From Tubiluchus corallicola (taxonomy: Eukaryota > Animalia > Priapulida), in contig JAQGDQ010000558.1 in assembly GCA_030141605.1 (NCBI GenBank), positions 1 through 64,000 on the forward strand: a DNA stretch of 64,000 nucleotides, read 5' to 3'. The notes under the pieces were generated by a model, which was not told the DNA's origin, searched no databases, and saw only the letters and a program-made list of their open reading frames with translations. The translations under genes were made by a program, and so were the position numbers. Of this stretch, positions 62,697 to 64,000 are shown in pieces; the first letter of the stretch is position 1, and every line of letters starts with the position of its first letter.

Positions 62697-62739
62697 CTTT
62701 TGATAGAGTAAATTACTATAAACTGTTTTTAAATCTAAC

Positions 62740-63822
62740 AAATACTGATTTTCCAAATATTGTTATTCGTTTACTGACGTTTTACAAAATACCCCTTGTT
62801 AGTAAGATGGGGTAATTTTAATTCTGTAACGTTTAGGGTCGGAAATGGGGTTCGTCAAGGCGCTAAAATGTCGCCTATTTTGTTTAATCAATACTTTCGG
62901 GACTTAAGCATTGGTCCTACATCAAGCAATCTTGGCTGCCCAATTGGAAATACGTACGTCAATCACTTGATGTTTGCAGACGATGGATGTTTGTTAGCTT
63001 CAACTACATCAGCTTTACAAACTCTAGCGAATACGTAAGTCCCGCTACACTGACAAACATGACATGGTAAATGTTGAAAAAACGAAAGTTCTAAGCATTA
63101 CAACCCCCCCCCCCGCAGTATGGGCCAGTTCATTTTTGGATCTATTACTGTAGCTGGTAGCGTAATTCATCCGTGCGAAACGGAGAAGTATCTTGGCCAC
63201 ATAATTTCTAAAGATAATAGAGATGACATTGACATTATTAGGCACAGAAATATTTACTATGTTAGAGCAAACAGTATCTTGAGAAAATTTTATCATTGTA
63301 CAAATAGCATTAGAACTCGCTTGTTCAATTCGTATTGTAATTCATTCTATGGTATGGCAATGTGGCGGCATTTTTGTAACTACAATTTAACTAAACTTAA
63401 AGTAGCTCATAACATCTCTAACGGAAACTTTTCACTTATTCATACGATGAGAGTGCTAGAATAATTCCAGTAAATCATAATGTTACATACTTTGACGTTA
63501 TACACAGGAAAATGGCTTACAGTTTGTACATGAGAGTATTGTGTAGTACAAATTCATTAATTAAAGCTTTAACTGAAAGTGAAGTGGCTTACACTTCTGA
63601 GATTACAAGACAGTGGAGGATCTTGTTATATTGTAATTATAGTTAGGCACTTTTTGGTGCTAAGCATCACTGGATAATTCATCTTTATCTTTTGTGTATG
63701 CTGTATGTAATGTTGTAGATATCGTGTAATTGGGGTGCATGTATTTTTCATGTTTGTTTTTTATTTTGTGCGTGTAAATATGAATTTTGATTTGAAATAA
63801 GGCATTAAATCAAATCAAATCT
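62740..63822 (+). mobile_element. Degenerate related LINE (RT core plus 3' end)
   Basis: GVRQGAKMSPILFN, HLMFADD, KYLGHII, LFNSYCNSFYG with frameshifts; (AAATC)n tail. Confidence 0.85.
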
Positions 63823-64000
63823 CTCTATCTTTTCTCTCCTACTCCCTCTCTCTTGCATCCAGAAATATAATTAACAATTATGAATCTATGCTTAATTTGG
63901 ACTACTTGATTTATGAATCTCCAGCACAGTCGTACAACAATACAAAAGTCTATTTAGAACAATTGATATAAAAGTACTTATTAACTGCACTCTCTCCTTT

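Overview
AT-rich, intron- and repeat-rich animal genomic DNA, most likely an invertebrate; it is not prokaryotic and has no CRISPR array. Three protein-coding genes are supported. (1) A complete 16-coding-exon neutral ceramidase (ASAH2/CDase family, about 724 aa) on the minus strand, 54207->20064, reconstructed by hand with GT-AG junctions and consistent phases. (2) An intronless alpha-1,3/4-fucosyltransferase (GT10, 430 aa) on the plus strand, nested antisense in the ceramidase's largest intron. (3) The 5' exons of a BCAP/PIK3AP1/BANK1/Dof-like TIR-domain adaptor on the minus strand that runs off the left edge. The rest is SINEs (5S-headed and tRNA-headed), LINE ends (RTE, RTEX-like, CR1/L2), hAT and Tc1/mariner MITEs, a BEL/Pao remnant, and mini- and microsatellites. 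The two most notable signals are a ~500-bp internally deleted RTE-derived non-autonomous retroelement that keeps a twister ribozyme at its 5' end (three copies, two with the ribozyme), and inverted arrays of a hairpin-containing 137-bp unit that closely flank ceramidase exons 2-4, a back-splicing/dsRNA-type architecture. Family names come from motif recall, not database searches.
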